Notes: generated from the sequence alone by a model not told the origin. Positions 1 through 14,754 are shown, counted from the first letter of the stretch. The stretch is DNA of 64,000 nt from Blastocystis sp. Blastoise (GCA_039096225.1 JBBPEB010000009.1:558001-622000), one strand, 5' to 3'. Numbers and translations are program-made.

Positions 1-1811
1 AATAAATAAAAATAAATATACCCACAGATAATTTATATTGATTATAAGATTGTCTATTACTATTTAAATAGAAATATTTTAGTTGATATCTATTATTAAA
101 TGAGATATCCTTTTGATGATCTAGAAGAGTCCAAGAATTCCCTTGGTTATTACTGCCATATACCATCCATTCCTTAGGATCTCCATAAGTAGCTGTTCCT
201 CCAGTTCGAATACCATATTTATTAGCAAATACACTTCTATAAAGATAGAGGATTTATGAATGAAATTTACATATATATATTTGTTTGATACTTAATTATA
301 TATATATATGTATATAATAATGATATAGATATATTACTATATTAATAATGATTATTCTATAAAAAAAGTAAATAAAAATTAATTCAATAAAAATAATAAT
401 AATTCTATATACTTTCCATTATTAAATGTATATATAACATCAACAGGAGCCCCTTGATTTGTATAATAAGAAGTAGTTCGAACTTTATCAAATGGTTTAT
501 CACAAGCATAACCAGTTGAGAAATCTGGCTTACTACATGTAGGTATACCATTAATAAATAAATCATTAGTACATGCTATATAGAATATATTTATAATAAG
601 AGGAATAGTATAATAAAGAGTATATCATACTATAAAGAGCAACAAAATATTATATTATAAATATGATAATAACTTATATAATAATAATAATCATCATAAT
701 AAACATAATCATAATAAACATAATCATAATCATCATCATAATATACTGTTTTCTTCCATATAAGAGAAGGTGATAAATATATTCATATCATCATTCATGG
801 TAATTGCTTGAAGTTGATGCATTTCAATAGCTATTTGAATACTAGTACCAGAAGAAACAAGATTTGTAGGAATACGTATACTATATATATATAGATATTC
901 ATATATATATAAATATAATGATAATATATAATAATGATATTTATATACTTTTCATAAGGAGCAACACCATCAATAAGAGATAATGCAGGTGTAGATGGGG
1001 TTAACTGTCCACTATATATATATTATACTAATGATACTCTATATATATACCTAGGTAGTCTATAACGATATACTTCTTTACCATCAAGATAAATAACCAT
1101 AGCAAATACAGTTTTAATATTTAAATTAATAGAATATATCTTTCTATCATCAGGAATAAATACTGTGTTTCTATAGTATCTAGTCACTTGAGTATAAACA
1201 GGGAAAGATCCAGCTTCAGCAGTTAACCATTGGGAATCACTAAAAACAGAATAACGCCAAGTATCAGTAGTTTGAGGATTATCTGAATATTTCCATGTAT
1301 TGCTAATACTTGTAAAATGAGGATGAAAATAAACAATAGATTCCTTATAGATTACACCGGATTGATAAGGAATAGTCGTCCAAAAGAAATCAAAATCTTC
1401 AAAGAAGAGTGTAAGGATAGCTGTCTGACCGTAAGAACCCCAACCATCACCACTTCTAAAAAATAAAAACAGAATTAATAAAAGTTTATTTAATGTTTAA
1501 AAAAGCAATATATACTCATCAAGTAAGACAAGAGTGTACTCTGTATTCTTAAGGCATACATCATACTTGACAGTATTCTTACTATCATCCGTTACACCAG
1601 TAACAGACATCAATTTAGTTCCTTCTTCTCTAGATCCTTCATAAAGTTCGAATGTTTCCTGAGATGGGAAATATCCATAGTATTTAGAGAAATAAAACTG
1701 ATATTCTCCTGAAGCACAATCTGCCAAAACTTTAAACAGATAAACTAATAAAAACTATATAGACATACTTGGAACGCAGAAAAGAAGTAAACAACATAAA
1801 ATTTTATTCAT
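1..1811 (-). CDS. Secreted/surface protein with an SGDGWG motif and a galactose-binding/F5/8-like domain (multi-exon, 3' end runs off the window)
   Basis: ATG at 1811 gives a signal-like MNKILCCLLLFCVP. GT-AG splicing gives a continuous frame through ADCASGEYQ...ESGDGWGS...YLDGKEVYR...DPKEWMVYGSNNQGNSWTLLD, which resembles F5/8 (discoidin-like) sandwich domains. Confidence 0.7.
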
Positions 1812-2394
1812 CCTATATATATTACGTATAATTACAGAATAAAATAAGTTATACATAAATGAATTCTATTATTTATTACTCCAAGAAAAAACCATGATTG
1901 TTCTTTGACTCCTTAAATTGCATTCCACAAATTGAATGGCTGTCATCACATTTTTATTCATAGAAAAAATGCCGTATCTCTGACGACTCTAGGGAAGCAA
2001 CACATTTATTGACCTCTAGTCAGTTTATTGGGTAATTCTCGATTATTCTCCAATAAAAACTGGAAAGGAATCTCCTTTTTATGAATGGACAGAATGATGA
2101 AAAATTGGAGATTCTCTAAAAGGACAAAGAATGAAGTCGGAATAGCTATTTTACACTAGAAACGTTTATTTTACGTGTCTTAAAGGTTAAATAACCAGAG
2201 TAGACGAAGTCAAATAGAAAATACGGTATTCTCACAATATACATGATTTACAACTTAGTCTGTTGTAAAAGGTTGCTTTATGATATCTGTATGATCAATA
2301 GTTTTTAAATTAATAGGAACGATCATTCATTTGAGTGTTTTTGAAAATACTGGATTTACGAATATATAGTATACATAGATCAAATAAATATCGA

Positions 2395-2467
2395 TCCCAT
2401 GTAGTCTAGCCGGTTAGGATAGCGGGTTTTCACCTCGCCGACCCGGGTTCGAGTCCCGGCATGGGAA
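2395..2467 (+). tRNA. tRNA-Glu(TTC)
   Basis: TCCCATG...CATGGGA acceptor stem, anticodon arm GCGGG-TTTTCAC-CTCGC, GGTTCGAGTCC T-arm, followed by an oligo-T Pol III terminator. Confidence 0.96.
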
Positions 2468-3356
2468 TATTTTTTTCTTTTATATCATTCTTTATTATTT
2501 TACAAAACATTATATTTTGATTTTTTTAAATAAAATGAATGCTACCGTTACCAAACAATTTAGGTGATTATATAGGACATGATATAAAATAGACAATAGA
2601 CATATAGAAAGGATAAAGATAGAGGATACAAATAAAAGATTTTCATTATAGAGAGAAAGAGATAAAAAAAGACAAAAAATACAAAAAGAAGATTCTTCGA
2701 CACGAATGATAATAAATTGAGATATATACTCTATGATTTATTCCAAAAGAGAATTAAAATAATATGAAAAATATTTGTTAGCAACATATACAAAAATAAA
2801 TGGAAGACATATAATATAATAATTTTTATATAATTATAAATAGAAAAAAAGCAGAGAAATGTAAAAATAGTAAAAACATTGAAAAGAGATATATATTTAT
2901 ATGTTATAGAATATTTATAGGTTACGTATAAAGGTAATAGAGTGTAGATTAGAATGGATATAAGGGAATAATAAGCATATAGGAAAATATATATATTTAA
3001 ATATGTCCTTTATTTTTAGAATCAAAAATAAAATAAGAAAAAAAAGAGAAAAATAAATATAGATAAGAATAAAAGACATAGATATATATATAACGAGTTT
3101 AAAATAAAATTAATATATATATAATAAGGATAGAATATATAAATAAAATATATATATAGATAAATATCAAATTCAAAAGATATTAATATTTTGATTATAT
3201 TCTTTAATAATAAGAAATATAAGGCTTATATATAGTATCTGATTCTTTTATTTATATAGATTTATAAGTTGAATTAAATTATAATATAGATAAAGAATAA
3301 TATTATAAAAGAAAAAGAATCATGAAGAGCATATATATATATATATTTATATAAAT

Positions 3357-5243
3357 TTATTGATAATTAATATTTGACCAATCAATTGTATCTAAATAGG
3401 ATTTCACTTGTTTCATTGAAGGACGTTTTTGAGGGTTACTCTGAAGACATAAATGAATAATACCTACTATAGCTATATATATATGTTATATAGATATTAT
3501 ATAGATATTATATAGATATTATATAGATATTATATAGATATATACCAGGAGAAATCGTTATTTTAAGTTCATGTATCATTGATTCATCACTTGGCTATAT
3601 ATATACATATATATAGATTTAAAAAAAATTAAAATATATAATTATTAAAATAATATATATATACATTAAGATGTCTATATATATTAATATCTTGTCGAGT
3701 AAATATTTCTATAAGTAGCACTCCAAAGGAATATACATCCACTTTATTATTATAATGACCAGATAAAATCTCAGGAGCAACACTATATATAATTATATTA
3801 TATTATATTATATTATATTATATTATATTATATTATATTATATTATATTATAAACTATTATATTATATTATATTATATTATATTATATTATATTATATTA
3901 TATTATATTATATTATATTATATTATATTATATTATATTATATTATATATATACTGTGAGAATGTTCCAACTTGAGAAAGTGGAGAATCAGTAGTATAAG
4001 ATCGAGCAAACCTATATATATAATAATAATAATATAATAATAATAGAATAATAATAAATATAATAATAATATAATAATAATAAACATACCCGAAATCACA
4101 TAGTTTTGCATGATTATTATCATCAATAAGAACATTAGCAGCCTAAGGAGTATAATAGATATTATATAATATATAACATATATATAACTATATAATATAT
4201 AATATATAATTACTTTAATATCTCGATGTAGAATATTCTTAGAATGTATATATATAATAGCATCAACAATATTATATATATAACTCCTTACGATTGCTGT
4301 ATTCAATCTATATATATACATATATATATTGATAAATATAGAATATATATATACATATATTTCTTATTCAATAATATATATAGTAACGTATGTTTACATC
4401 TTTCCATCAATATACCTATATATATAATATATATAATATTAATAATATATATATATATATATACCCATATATTTTCCTTCATAATCACATAATCCATATA
4501 ATTGAACTATATTAGGATTATTTAGATAAACATGAATACTGATTTCTCGCTGAATTCGTTTCAGTCTCTTCGCATTCTTCTCTGCAATAGATGTTGTAGA
4601 TGGCCTTGTGTTATTCCCATGGGAATTCTGATTTTGATTTACAACAGGAGATCCTAGAAATAAGTATAAACATAAATATAATAAACATGAATATAACAAA
4701 CATAAATATAATAAGTATAAGTATAAAAAACATATAAACATATATATATTTATACCTGAAAGATTATTTTCATCTGTACGACTTCTCGGAGTATCTATTT
4801 GTGTTCTTTGATGTGCACGTGCTATACTATTGGCCCTGGATAATTGCTGATGACGCGCATCATTAGTAGTCTCATCCTCAAGTACATATTTATCGATTAG
4901 TTTTAATGCATATATCTTACCCATATATTCACTATATATATAATAAAGAGATAGAGCTATTAACAATATAATATGTTTATAATATATATAAATATTCAAT
5001 TTTAAAAAATAGTTATAAAATTTATGAAATGAAATAGTATTATTAAATAAGAAAAAAGTTAAAATTATGAAAACATCAAATTTATTATAATTTTCTTTAT
5101 TATTATTATTATTATTATAATTATTTATATACACTTTATAGACAACTCCATCGTATCCCTCTCCTATTTTCTTCTTTAAATGAACTTGATTACAATCAAT
5201 AATATCAACTATATATAGAGTAATATTGTATTAAGATTAAAGA

Positions 5244-5281
<38 letters not shown>

Positions 5282-6030
5282 ACAGGAACCTAGAGAACAT
5301 ACTGAGTCTATAAAGAACGAAGAATAGCATAATATATAAATATATATATATATATAATAAAATAATAAAATAATAATATATATATACTTTTTCATGGGTG
5401 GTTCTTCTTGAAATAAATTATATAATTGTTCGGCTAATTCACGAAGGGTATGTGTCTTTATAATAAAAATAATAATAATAATAATCATCATAATATATAA
5501 ACATATATTATATTATAATCTTTATAAATACATTATTCCAGTTTTTTAGATAAGGATGAACTATATGCCTATATTCTCCATCATAATATATATAAGATCG
5601 TTCATGATTTGGGCCATATTCTATATAGAGCAAAAATAATTATTTTAAAAAAATATATTTAAAAAATAAAAAGAATTAAACAATTTTAGAGTAAAAAAAT
5701 ATATATATTCATACCTCCTTTTATATATATGTATAATCGAGGTGGTTCAGCTGGATATGTGAAAAATATTTGTAGAATGAGAGGTGTATTGATAAGTGTT
5801 GAGTTCACATAGGAAGGAAGACTTCCATAAAGACTATATGAATGATCCGACTCAATAATGTCTTTTGTGACCCATTTAAATTGATGTAAATCTATCAATT
5901 GTTGTTTCAGTAGTTCTTTCTATATATATTAAGCAAGAATATATACAAAAACACATACATTGGGAAGATTTTGTTTGTCCACAATTGCTAAAATATCATC
6001 GATAGAATTGATACGTTTGTTAGCGTTCAT
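3357..6030 (-). CDS. Protein kinase (TKL/Ser-Thr-like) with an N-terminal UEV (TSG101/Vps23-type) domain
   Basis: Spliced product has LYGSLP..PLILQIFFTYPAEPP..HPYLKNW..LYNLFQEEPP (UEV-like), then GEGYDGVVYK, ALK, HRDIKAANVL, DFG, APE, DVYSFG, KRPS. Ends in TAA at 3357-3359. Confidence 0.85.
3793..3945. repeat. (ATATT)n intronic microsatellite
   Basis: Direct tandem pentamer array inside a kinase intron. Confidence 0.9.
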
Positions 6031-7113
6031 ATTTTAAGCTGTAGATTAAAAGAAAGTGAAAAAGAAAAAATAAAACCCCACAAAAAATGGTCGATTTACT
6101 GAATAATACATCAAAAAGAAAACATTTGTCAAACATGAACAACATTTCTAAAGAACCAGATAATTTGTTTAATGATACTTCTTTTCCTTGAAACAAATTG
6201 AATCTATAGTGTTATTCCGGAGAGATTCACGGGGAGAAAAAAGAGTCAATTTAGAAACGAATATGAGGATATACGATTTATATAATGATACTTTCGGTCT
6301 TAATGGCTTCATCATCTCTTACGCTTCCATGATATTATTCTTCTCATACCATTTTCTATATAGAAACGTCATAACTAATTTTATAAACCATTATCCAACC
6401 AAGATAGAAACAACATTTCTTATTTTTCTTTTTCTAGTTTTTTGCAAATATTTATATATATTTCTTTTTTTTAGTATGATTAAAAAATATCCAGAAAGTG
6501 AGTTCATTTTATTTATCATTCCAACATAAAAGAGTCGTCATTATTATGTTAAGATCCTTGTTCTTCATAATTTAAATGTTTAGGAATCTTTTATTTCATT
6601 TATACAATGTATTGAAGTTGGAGAGATCTTATTCATATATCTAATAAAGAAAGAAAGGAACAATGAGACAATTTCTTTAAAAAGAGTCAAAAATACATCA
6701 TAGATCAATTTATCTAATGTCTCCCTAGATACTGAGTATTTCCAGCAATACTTTGAACAATAAAATCAAAAAGAGTGTATATTCAGATTAATTATCTTCG
6801 TTTTTTCTACGATTTTTACAGATAAAAGTATAGATTGTATGATCTCCATGATGTAGACTATCGATAATAGCAGTTGATAGAAAGCAGAATCTATAAATCA
6901 TTCAAAAAGATATAATGAAACAATATTTCATTTCTTCATGAAATAAAAGATATATATACCGCAAGAATTGCATGAAACAGAAATGAATTATTATAAATTG
7001 TAATTAACCGCGGGAGTTCTCGATAATGTATCGCAATAAAGAAATGTCAAAATTGAAAAATGTTGGTCTTGTGTTTTAAGTATTATTATTTAGATTGAAT
7101 TGTATATTAAAGA

Positions 7114-8650
7114 ATGGATCATTTAATGAATAAAAAAGCTGCTATTGTTGAATTAAGACGAAGAGCAAGCTATAAAAATCAAGTTGGAGGTCATAATCGA
7201 ATGATTTATCTTTTAGATGGACGAGTATAGAATATATATTTATTTGATTGACAATAATTTTTGCATTGACTATTTATTTATTATATTTTTAGATTGCAAA
7301 GCCTTATTCTTATAGTGAAAGAAAGAATTATGAAACAGTTATTTCGAAAGAAAAGCCACTCGTTGACTTCTTAGCAACCTATTTTGGTACTTTTTCATTC
7401 TGTGAAGTAAATAAAGGAGCTGACCTTCAAACTATCAACAGTGAATCGGAGATCCAAATAGTCAAAGATGAAAAAGCAGAATTATTAGAAGGAATGTATC
7501 CAATTGCTGTAGATAATAACCGATTTCTAGTATTATCTGATTTAGCAGCTAAATATAATAAACCCTGTATTTTAGATATAAAAATGGGAACTCGAACTTA
7601 TTGTATATTTATGTTATTATATTTTTTATGTTTATATATTTTTATGTTTATATATATATATATTTGTTTACTGTGTTTATTATTATATATATTATTATAG
7701 GGGATGGAGCTCCAGAGTTTAAGGTTCAACGTCATATAGAGAAAGCTTTAAAGAGTACGACTTCAAAATTAGGTTTACGATTATGTGGAATGAAATTATA
7801 TAGTATTATTATATTTATTATATTTATTATATTTATTATATTTATTTATTAAATTTATTATATTATATTTATTATTATATTTATTATATTTATTTATTAA
7901 ATTTATTATATTATATTTATTATTATTTTTATAAAATATTATATTTATTATTATATTTATTATTATATTTATCATTATTATAATCCTCTTTATTCTATAT
8001 ATATATAGTTATATCGACCGTATTCCCAGTCTTGGATAGTAAAGGAAAAGAAATGGGGAAAGACTTTAAATGTTCAAGATATATTAATGTCTTTATCTGC
8101 TTTCTTCTTTGATGGAAAACAATTAAGAAAAGATATTATTAAGAAGATTCTTCATCGACTGTTATTATTAAGAAGTGCTATTGAAAAAGTATATTATTAT
8201 TATAGTTATTATTATTTATTTTATTAATTTGTTTTTTAAAATATGTTTTTATGTATATATCAATTTATAATTGTTTTATTATTATTATTATTATTATATA
8301 TAGTGTCCTTGGCGTTTTTGGTCATCCTCGTTATTATTTGTTTATGAAGGAGAAGATTGGACTATGGAAGATATAAAAGAACGATCTGAACGAAATAGCT
8401 CTATAGATATTAATATAGATAGTTATATAGATTATGATATAGATTTATGTCCAGAAGAACAAGAATTAATTAATATACAAACAAAAGAACGTGAAAAGAA
8501 TTCTATTTCACGAGGAGATGACGGAGTTGACCGTATATTTAAAGCAGAACATGATGAATGGGACCATATTCCCGCGGATGTTAATATTATTGATCTTGCC
8601 AATTGTAACTTTGATACTAATTTTGATACTCCTGATGAAGTATATATATA

Positions 8651-8683
<33 letters not shown>

Positions 8684-8738
8684 GTTTATTATGTTTATTA
8701 TGTTTATTATGTTTATTATGTTTATTATGTTTATTATG

Positions 8739-8792
<54 letters not shown>

Positions 8793-9006
8793 TATATATA
8801 TTATTATTATTATTATCTGAGATATTATTTATATATATTATTATTATTATTATCTGAGATATTATTATAATATAAAAATGAATGTACTTCTATTATCAAT
8901 ACATATATAGGGTTATTTATTTGGATTAAATAATTTAATTGCCTATATGCGAATAATGGACAAATTAGAAATTACTCCTGATTTACTTGAAAAAATGAGA
9001 ATATAA
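7114..9006 (+). CDS. Inositol polyphosphate kinase (IPMK/IP6K family)
   Basis: Motifs QVGGH, PCILDIKMGTRT (PxxxDxKxG), GLRLCGM, SSLLFVYEG, IDLA and GYLFGLNNL after splicing. Confidence 0.92.
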
Positions 9007-10047
9007 ATTAACTACAATTATTTGTTTTGAGTATATTCAATAAGATTCTATATTTACTATTTATCATACGCTTCTACTTGTTTATTTCTTTTAGTTTTTT
9101 TTTTGTACTATTTTTTTTATTTAATGTTTCTATACACTATTTTTCTTTTTACATATATATTTCTAATTATTCTCTTTATCAAGTATTTTTATCTTTTTCA
9201 TTTTATTTTTTTATTTTGACTTGAATCATAATGAATACTGTCTCTGACTTTTCTTAACATACATATATATTATTTTTTCATTATTTATTTTGAAACATAT
9301 TTTAAGCACATTTTTCTAGGTTGATTTTGCTATTTTTTATTTTTTTTGTTTCTCTTCTGTACTTATTATTTCATTAAGATTTAAAGCTAACTAGATTTCA
9401 AGAAAATCATTTATATAAAAATAACAAAACACAAAGATAACATAATATTTACGTTTTATAAATAGTTTGCTCTCAAACACATGCGAAAGGAAAAAAAATG
9501 ACATGACAGAATCAACAGAAAAAATATAAAAATATGAATAATACAAACATAAATAATGACTGAATACAACGACAAGAATATCAAGGTTCTCTTGTAAATC
9601 ATGAACTTTTATCCAATATAATAATTAATATATATATATATATAATTAGAACATGACTCAACATAAAAATAACACCTTGTCAATGAAACTACATAAAAAA
9701 TGTGAAAGCAAAAAAATAATAAATATGAAAAAAGGTGAAAAAGAAATTGATTCACTTGAAGAAATGTTTGTAAAAAGAGTAAAAAAAAAAGAAAATTAAA
9801 AGGAAAAAGAAAAAGGAAAAAGAAAATCTAATAAAAAAAATACATATATTCTTTAAACAAAGACTATAGTACAAGACAAAGTAGAGAATATGTATATAGA
9901 ATAGACTAGAATTAATAGCTAGATATTACATAGTAAAATAGACAATAAGAAAGAATATTCAAGCCATAATTATCCCACAAATAAGATACCATAAATAATA
10001 TATGATATATATGATATATATATATATATATATTATATAAGTATAAC

Positions 10048-11568
10048 TTAAAGTGAGGAAGGAGCTACAAGTGGGTCCATATATCTTGATGATTGAATAA
10101 GAGCAGGATTACTATTCATATACATGGATTGTCTAGAGAAATTAAGAGGTTGACCAATCGGGGGTTCTTGTTTAGCTACTACTTTAGGTTTACCACCTAC
10201 AATCATATTTGAATGAACATCATTAGGCATGATATTACTAGAGATCAAATAGGAAGAAGGATATTGACCAGGAACATAAACAGAACCAGGATAATAAGCA
10301 TCGGATTTACCATAAGCTAACTATATATTAGTATTATTAGTATTACTTTAATATACTATTAGACTATTATTTTTATGTATATTAATATAATAATAATATA
10401 ATTTATATAATAATATATAATAATATATATATACAGGATTCTGTACATCCATATAAGAAGGAGAAGAATCGACAACAACTGGCATTTTTCTTCTATATAT
10501 ATATTCATATATACAAATAAATAATATTAAAATACATACTGTTGAGCATAGGAACTTTTAGGTTCAGAATAAGGATAAGCACTATATATATAGATTTAGA
10601 AATACATATTTATTAAAAAAAAAATTAATATAGATTTATAAATAAAAAAATTAAAATATAGATTTAAAAAAAAAATTAAAAAAATAGATTTATATAAAAA
10701 AATAGTTTAAAAATTTAAAAAATAGTTTAAAAATTAAAATTAAAAATAGTTTAAAAATTAAAAAAAGCATACTATCCAGAAGAAGCATAAACAGAATTAT
10801 AAGCATCTACAGGACGAGCAGTAACAGGGTTAGAATTAGTAGAACTAGGAGAACCACTATAAAAATAAAATAATTATTATTATTCAACTGTAATATAATT
10901 ATTTAAATAATATTGAAAAAATATATATATACTATTCGTGAGAAGCAGCAGTATAAGGATTTCTAGCAGGTTGATTACGTATAATAAACAAATAGTAAGT
11001 TTATTCTTTAAAAAATTATTAAAATACGAAAAAAAATAAAAAAAATAAAAAAATATATATATATGTACGTATAAGACTTTGAAGAAGTTTTGCTTGATTA
11101 TCCTGATAAGTATTAAGTTGTTGTGTTAAGAAAGTGACTTTCGAATTATTTTGATTTAACGATTCTTCGAGATCCTTAATGTAATCGATAGTATATTCGA
11201 TAAGAAGATTTTTGTTTAATTTTAATCCTTTTCTAGAAGAAAATTTCTTTGAGGAGCGAATGATAGTTTCAAGAGAACCTAAACTAGCACTCAATCGTTC
11301 GCGACGTCTCTAAATAAAAGACAAATAATAATAATTGTGCCAAATAGATAGTTTAAATAGAAAAAAAAAACAAAAAAAAAACTATATATACTCGTTCACT
11401 AGCACGATGAGATGCCTTCTTGATAGTACATTGGTCTCCAGTAGTACTGTTTTCATTTTTATCGGAGTGATCTTGAGTACTCGCACTGCTATCAGTGTCG
11501 AGTGTATTAAGATCATCGTTCAAAGTTTCGGTTTCTTCAGGCTTTACACTTGTTTTTTCTTCGCTCAT
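10048..11568 (-). CDS. bHLH(-ZIP) transcription factor
   Basis: KKASHRASERRRRERLSASLGSLETII...KLNKNLLIEYTIDYIKDLEE, then a heptad Leu stretch and a Pro/Ser/Tyr-rich C-terminus. Confidence 0.85.
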
Positions 11569-14500
11569 GTTCAGATTTAATAATGAATTGTATTCGAGAT
11601 TTTAAAAATATATGGAATACTCAATAAACACAGAAAAAATTAATATGTTACCTAAAAGCACAACACTTAAAAAAAGCAGAAGACATTGAGAAGAAAAAGT
11701 AGAGGTGCGTCATCGATCTCAACCACAAAATCCTAAAATATGAATCAAAACGAAGTCTAAGGCCAATCGATCTTAAGAAAAGTGTTTAAAAAGCAGACAA
11801 TTGACACTATGACGCATCCCCAGTGTCTATCGGCTCTTTCTGGGGTTTTGACATCATCAGCCAAAAGATTCAGCCTTCGTTGACAATTTTTTGGATTTTG
11901 ATACCTATCGGCAGCCCCCGAAATATGCTCGATTAAGCGTACCCGAGTTTCTCATGTGAAAGCCCTGCCTTATTGGAGGATGAAGCACATAAAAGAAACG
12001 AAAAGAAATCAGCAACAACTATAATATTCATATATTTTCTTGGAAAAATTACTATACAATCGAAAAGACTATTGTTTTATTTTGTCTATTTCTAACGTTG
12101 AAATCTTTTATATACCGACGATAAACTCAGGTATACTGACACCTCCGTTTGTTTCTCTATAAGAAATCTTGTGTTTACCCTGTCATCAAAGATCTTTTTT
12201 CTTTAGAACTATCTCCTTTTTTTCTTAGTGTAGAACTCTTTATATTCTATTTATTTCTTATTTTTAATATATACAATTTCATTATTATGAAATCTGAATA
12301 TACTCCAGAAAAACAAAAATCCACTTCACGTTAATTCTCCTCTTTCATTCTTAATGAACCGCTGAATTCAACATATTTTATTTTCTAGTTATCTCTATAT
12401 GTCTATTGGTTTCATAAGCATGATACTCAACACCAGTGACACCAATCAAGTTATTAATTTTTAAATATGTTGTTTCATATACTATCAATACGAAATACAT
12501 GTTTCTATATTATTTTCTATTTAAGTCTTTCATTTAGAATACGTTACCACTCCTCTATAGACAAACTCTATAAGGTTTCTGTTTAGCTCTTTTTAAACAC
12601 TGAATAAGACAATATCTTTTGATTGTTTCTGAAAAGGAAGAGCAACTGCTTATTATGATTCGTTTCCTAAGAATCTTAGAGTTTTGTCGTGTGTTTGGTG
12701 TGTGTTTTGTTGTGTTTTATTCTTTTATGTGTCTAAATAATGTCTTGAATGACACACTCCATTTTTTATTATAAAGAATGTTCTGACATTCTACTTGTAG
12801 TTAATATAGATGTAATCTTAAGTAAAAAAGTCAATCATTTTTTTTATTTTTCTAGAAAATAGTGATTCAAAGTAGTATTTAATGTTTATGGATATCGTAT
12901 TCATAGCTAGCATAAATATAAAATTAATTCACAACGAAGTATCATATTTTAATAAAGTATATGACAAATTGGATTATCTTCTAAATAGTTTTATTGATCA
13001 GTTTTTTGTTATTATAATTTAACCGACATATATATGTGCTGTTGTATAAATAGCAATGATAGTGACTTTATTGAGCCAAACATATAAATATGAGAATAAT
13101 TACCTATAATTGTTTTCAATAGCTCTGTTCTTCATATAATTAAGTATAAAGTATTTATTCCTCTATAGCAGCAACTTTAAAATAAGCAATAAATCAAAAT
13201 AAAATTTGTTTTGATTACAATTAATTTCTAGTTATTTTGTATCTTTCGAGTTATTCAACTCTGATTTTTTATAGTATTTACTCATTTCATATGTTTCTAT
13301 ATATCAACTCCACGTAGAAATATTCTATCGTATATTCTGTTTAACCGAAAATAAAATAAAAATAAATGTGAATTTTGAACTCATTCTTAGTCATGTATAT
13401 CTACCATTTTCATATCAATGCTTTTATAAGCAATAAACCTATCAATAAAACGTATTCTAAAACGGAATATCTTAAATGAAAAAAAAAATGAATGACAACA
13501 AAGAAATATTAAAAATGAATAATATTAATAATTTTGAAGTGCATATATGTATCAAAAAAAAAACATTTCATAAAACGAAAACACTCAAAAGAACTCACTT
13601 TTAACTCATAAAAGAAAAAGAACAAAAAGAAAAATAGATAATGACGCATCTCTTCGGGTTTCTATTCGATTTTCGATATGGAGATTCAAGTGAGGAGTCG
13701 TCATGATTCCTGAGAAACCCGTGGAGAAACTGGGTTTTTAAGAAAAAAAAGAGAAAAAAAATCTAGTCTTTTCCTTCATGTTGTTTGCTCTTTATATATA
13801 TTAGTAAATAGAATAGAAATTTCAAGTTAAATAGCCTTTTCTAAAACAATTTTTCAGCAACTGTTTTGACCTTTTTGTTGTAATTCATTGAAAAACAACG
13901 TATTATTATAAGGATATTACTATTCTAAATGATTTATAAACAATGTTTCTTCGTCTATACATATTCTGAAAGTGATTCATTATTATGTTAGATAAGAAAC
14001 AAAATATTTTCTCGATAATTTATTTTAATAAGGTCAAAAACTTATAAAATTAGTGGTCAGATATTGAATTGTGTCTTAATTTATCAGCAAAGAAGTATTT
14101 ATATATTTATTAGAACTATATAAATAATTACAATAATAATGAAAAAAGAAAGTCTCAATTATAATATTCATTTCATTCCATAATTTCATTTATTAATGTC
14201 TCAATAAATTACATCAATTTATTCCCAATTAAAACATGAAAGCATATTGACAATACAAAATAAACAGAAAATTTGTTATTATGAATGACTTTAATATCCA
14301 TGTCATCATAAGTAGAATTGCATGGAGTATATTATATCTTAAATAATGCATACTTTATTATAAATATTGAATTTATCAATAATATAAGCATATGTATACC
14401 TATCTATCTATCTCTTTGGATACTTTAAGCATTTTTCCTTACTTTACGTGATGTTTAATCAAAAAGAAATTAAAATATTTCAATTCTTTCAAATTATTGA

Positions 14501-14754
14501 AAAAGTTCAAGTGTAGCATCAGCCTATCTCTACATGATCTAGATTTCATTTACTTAGTCCTATTGTTGTTATAATTTTTAAAATAGAGAAGGATATACTA
14601 AATAATGATATAGTTGATTTTATTATAAATCCCAAACTAAAAAGCCAAAAATGAGGTGAGAATCAGAAAGAATTCATGGAAAATGGTAATAAATCAGTAA
14701 TTGTTCTTTCACTGAGACTTGTTGCTTTAATCATATTATCTTGTGTTGTTTATT

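Noticed and set aside
6188-6529. 113-aa ORF between the kinase and IPK genes
   Set aside because: TTG start, no motif and intergenic composition; the same lack of evidence applies to ORFs at 12149, 19056, 39076, 45614 and 58700.
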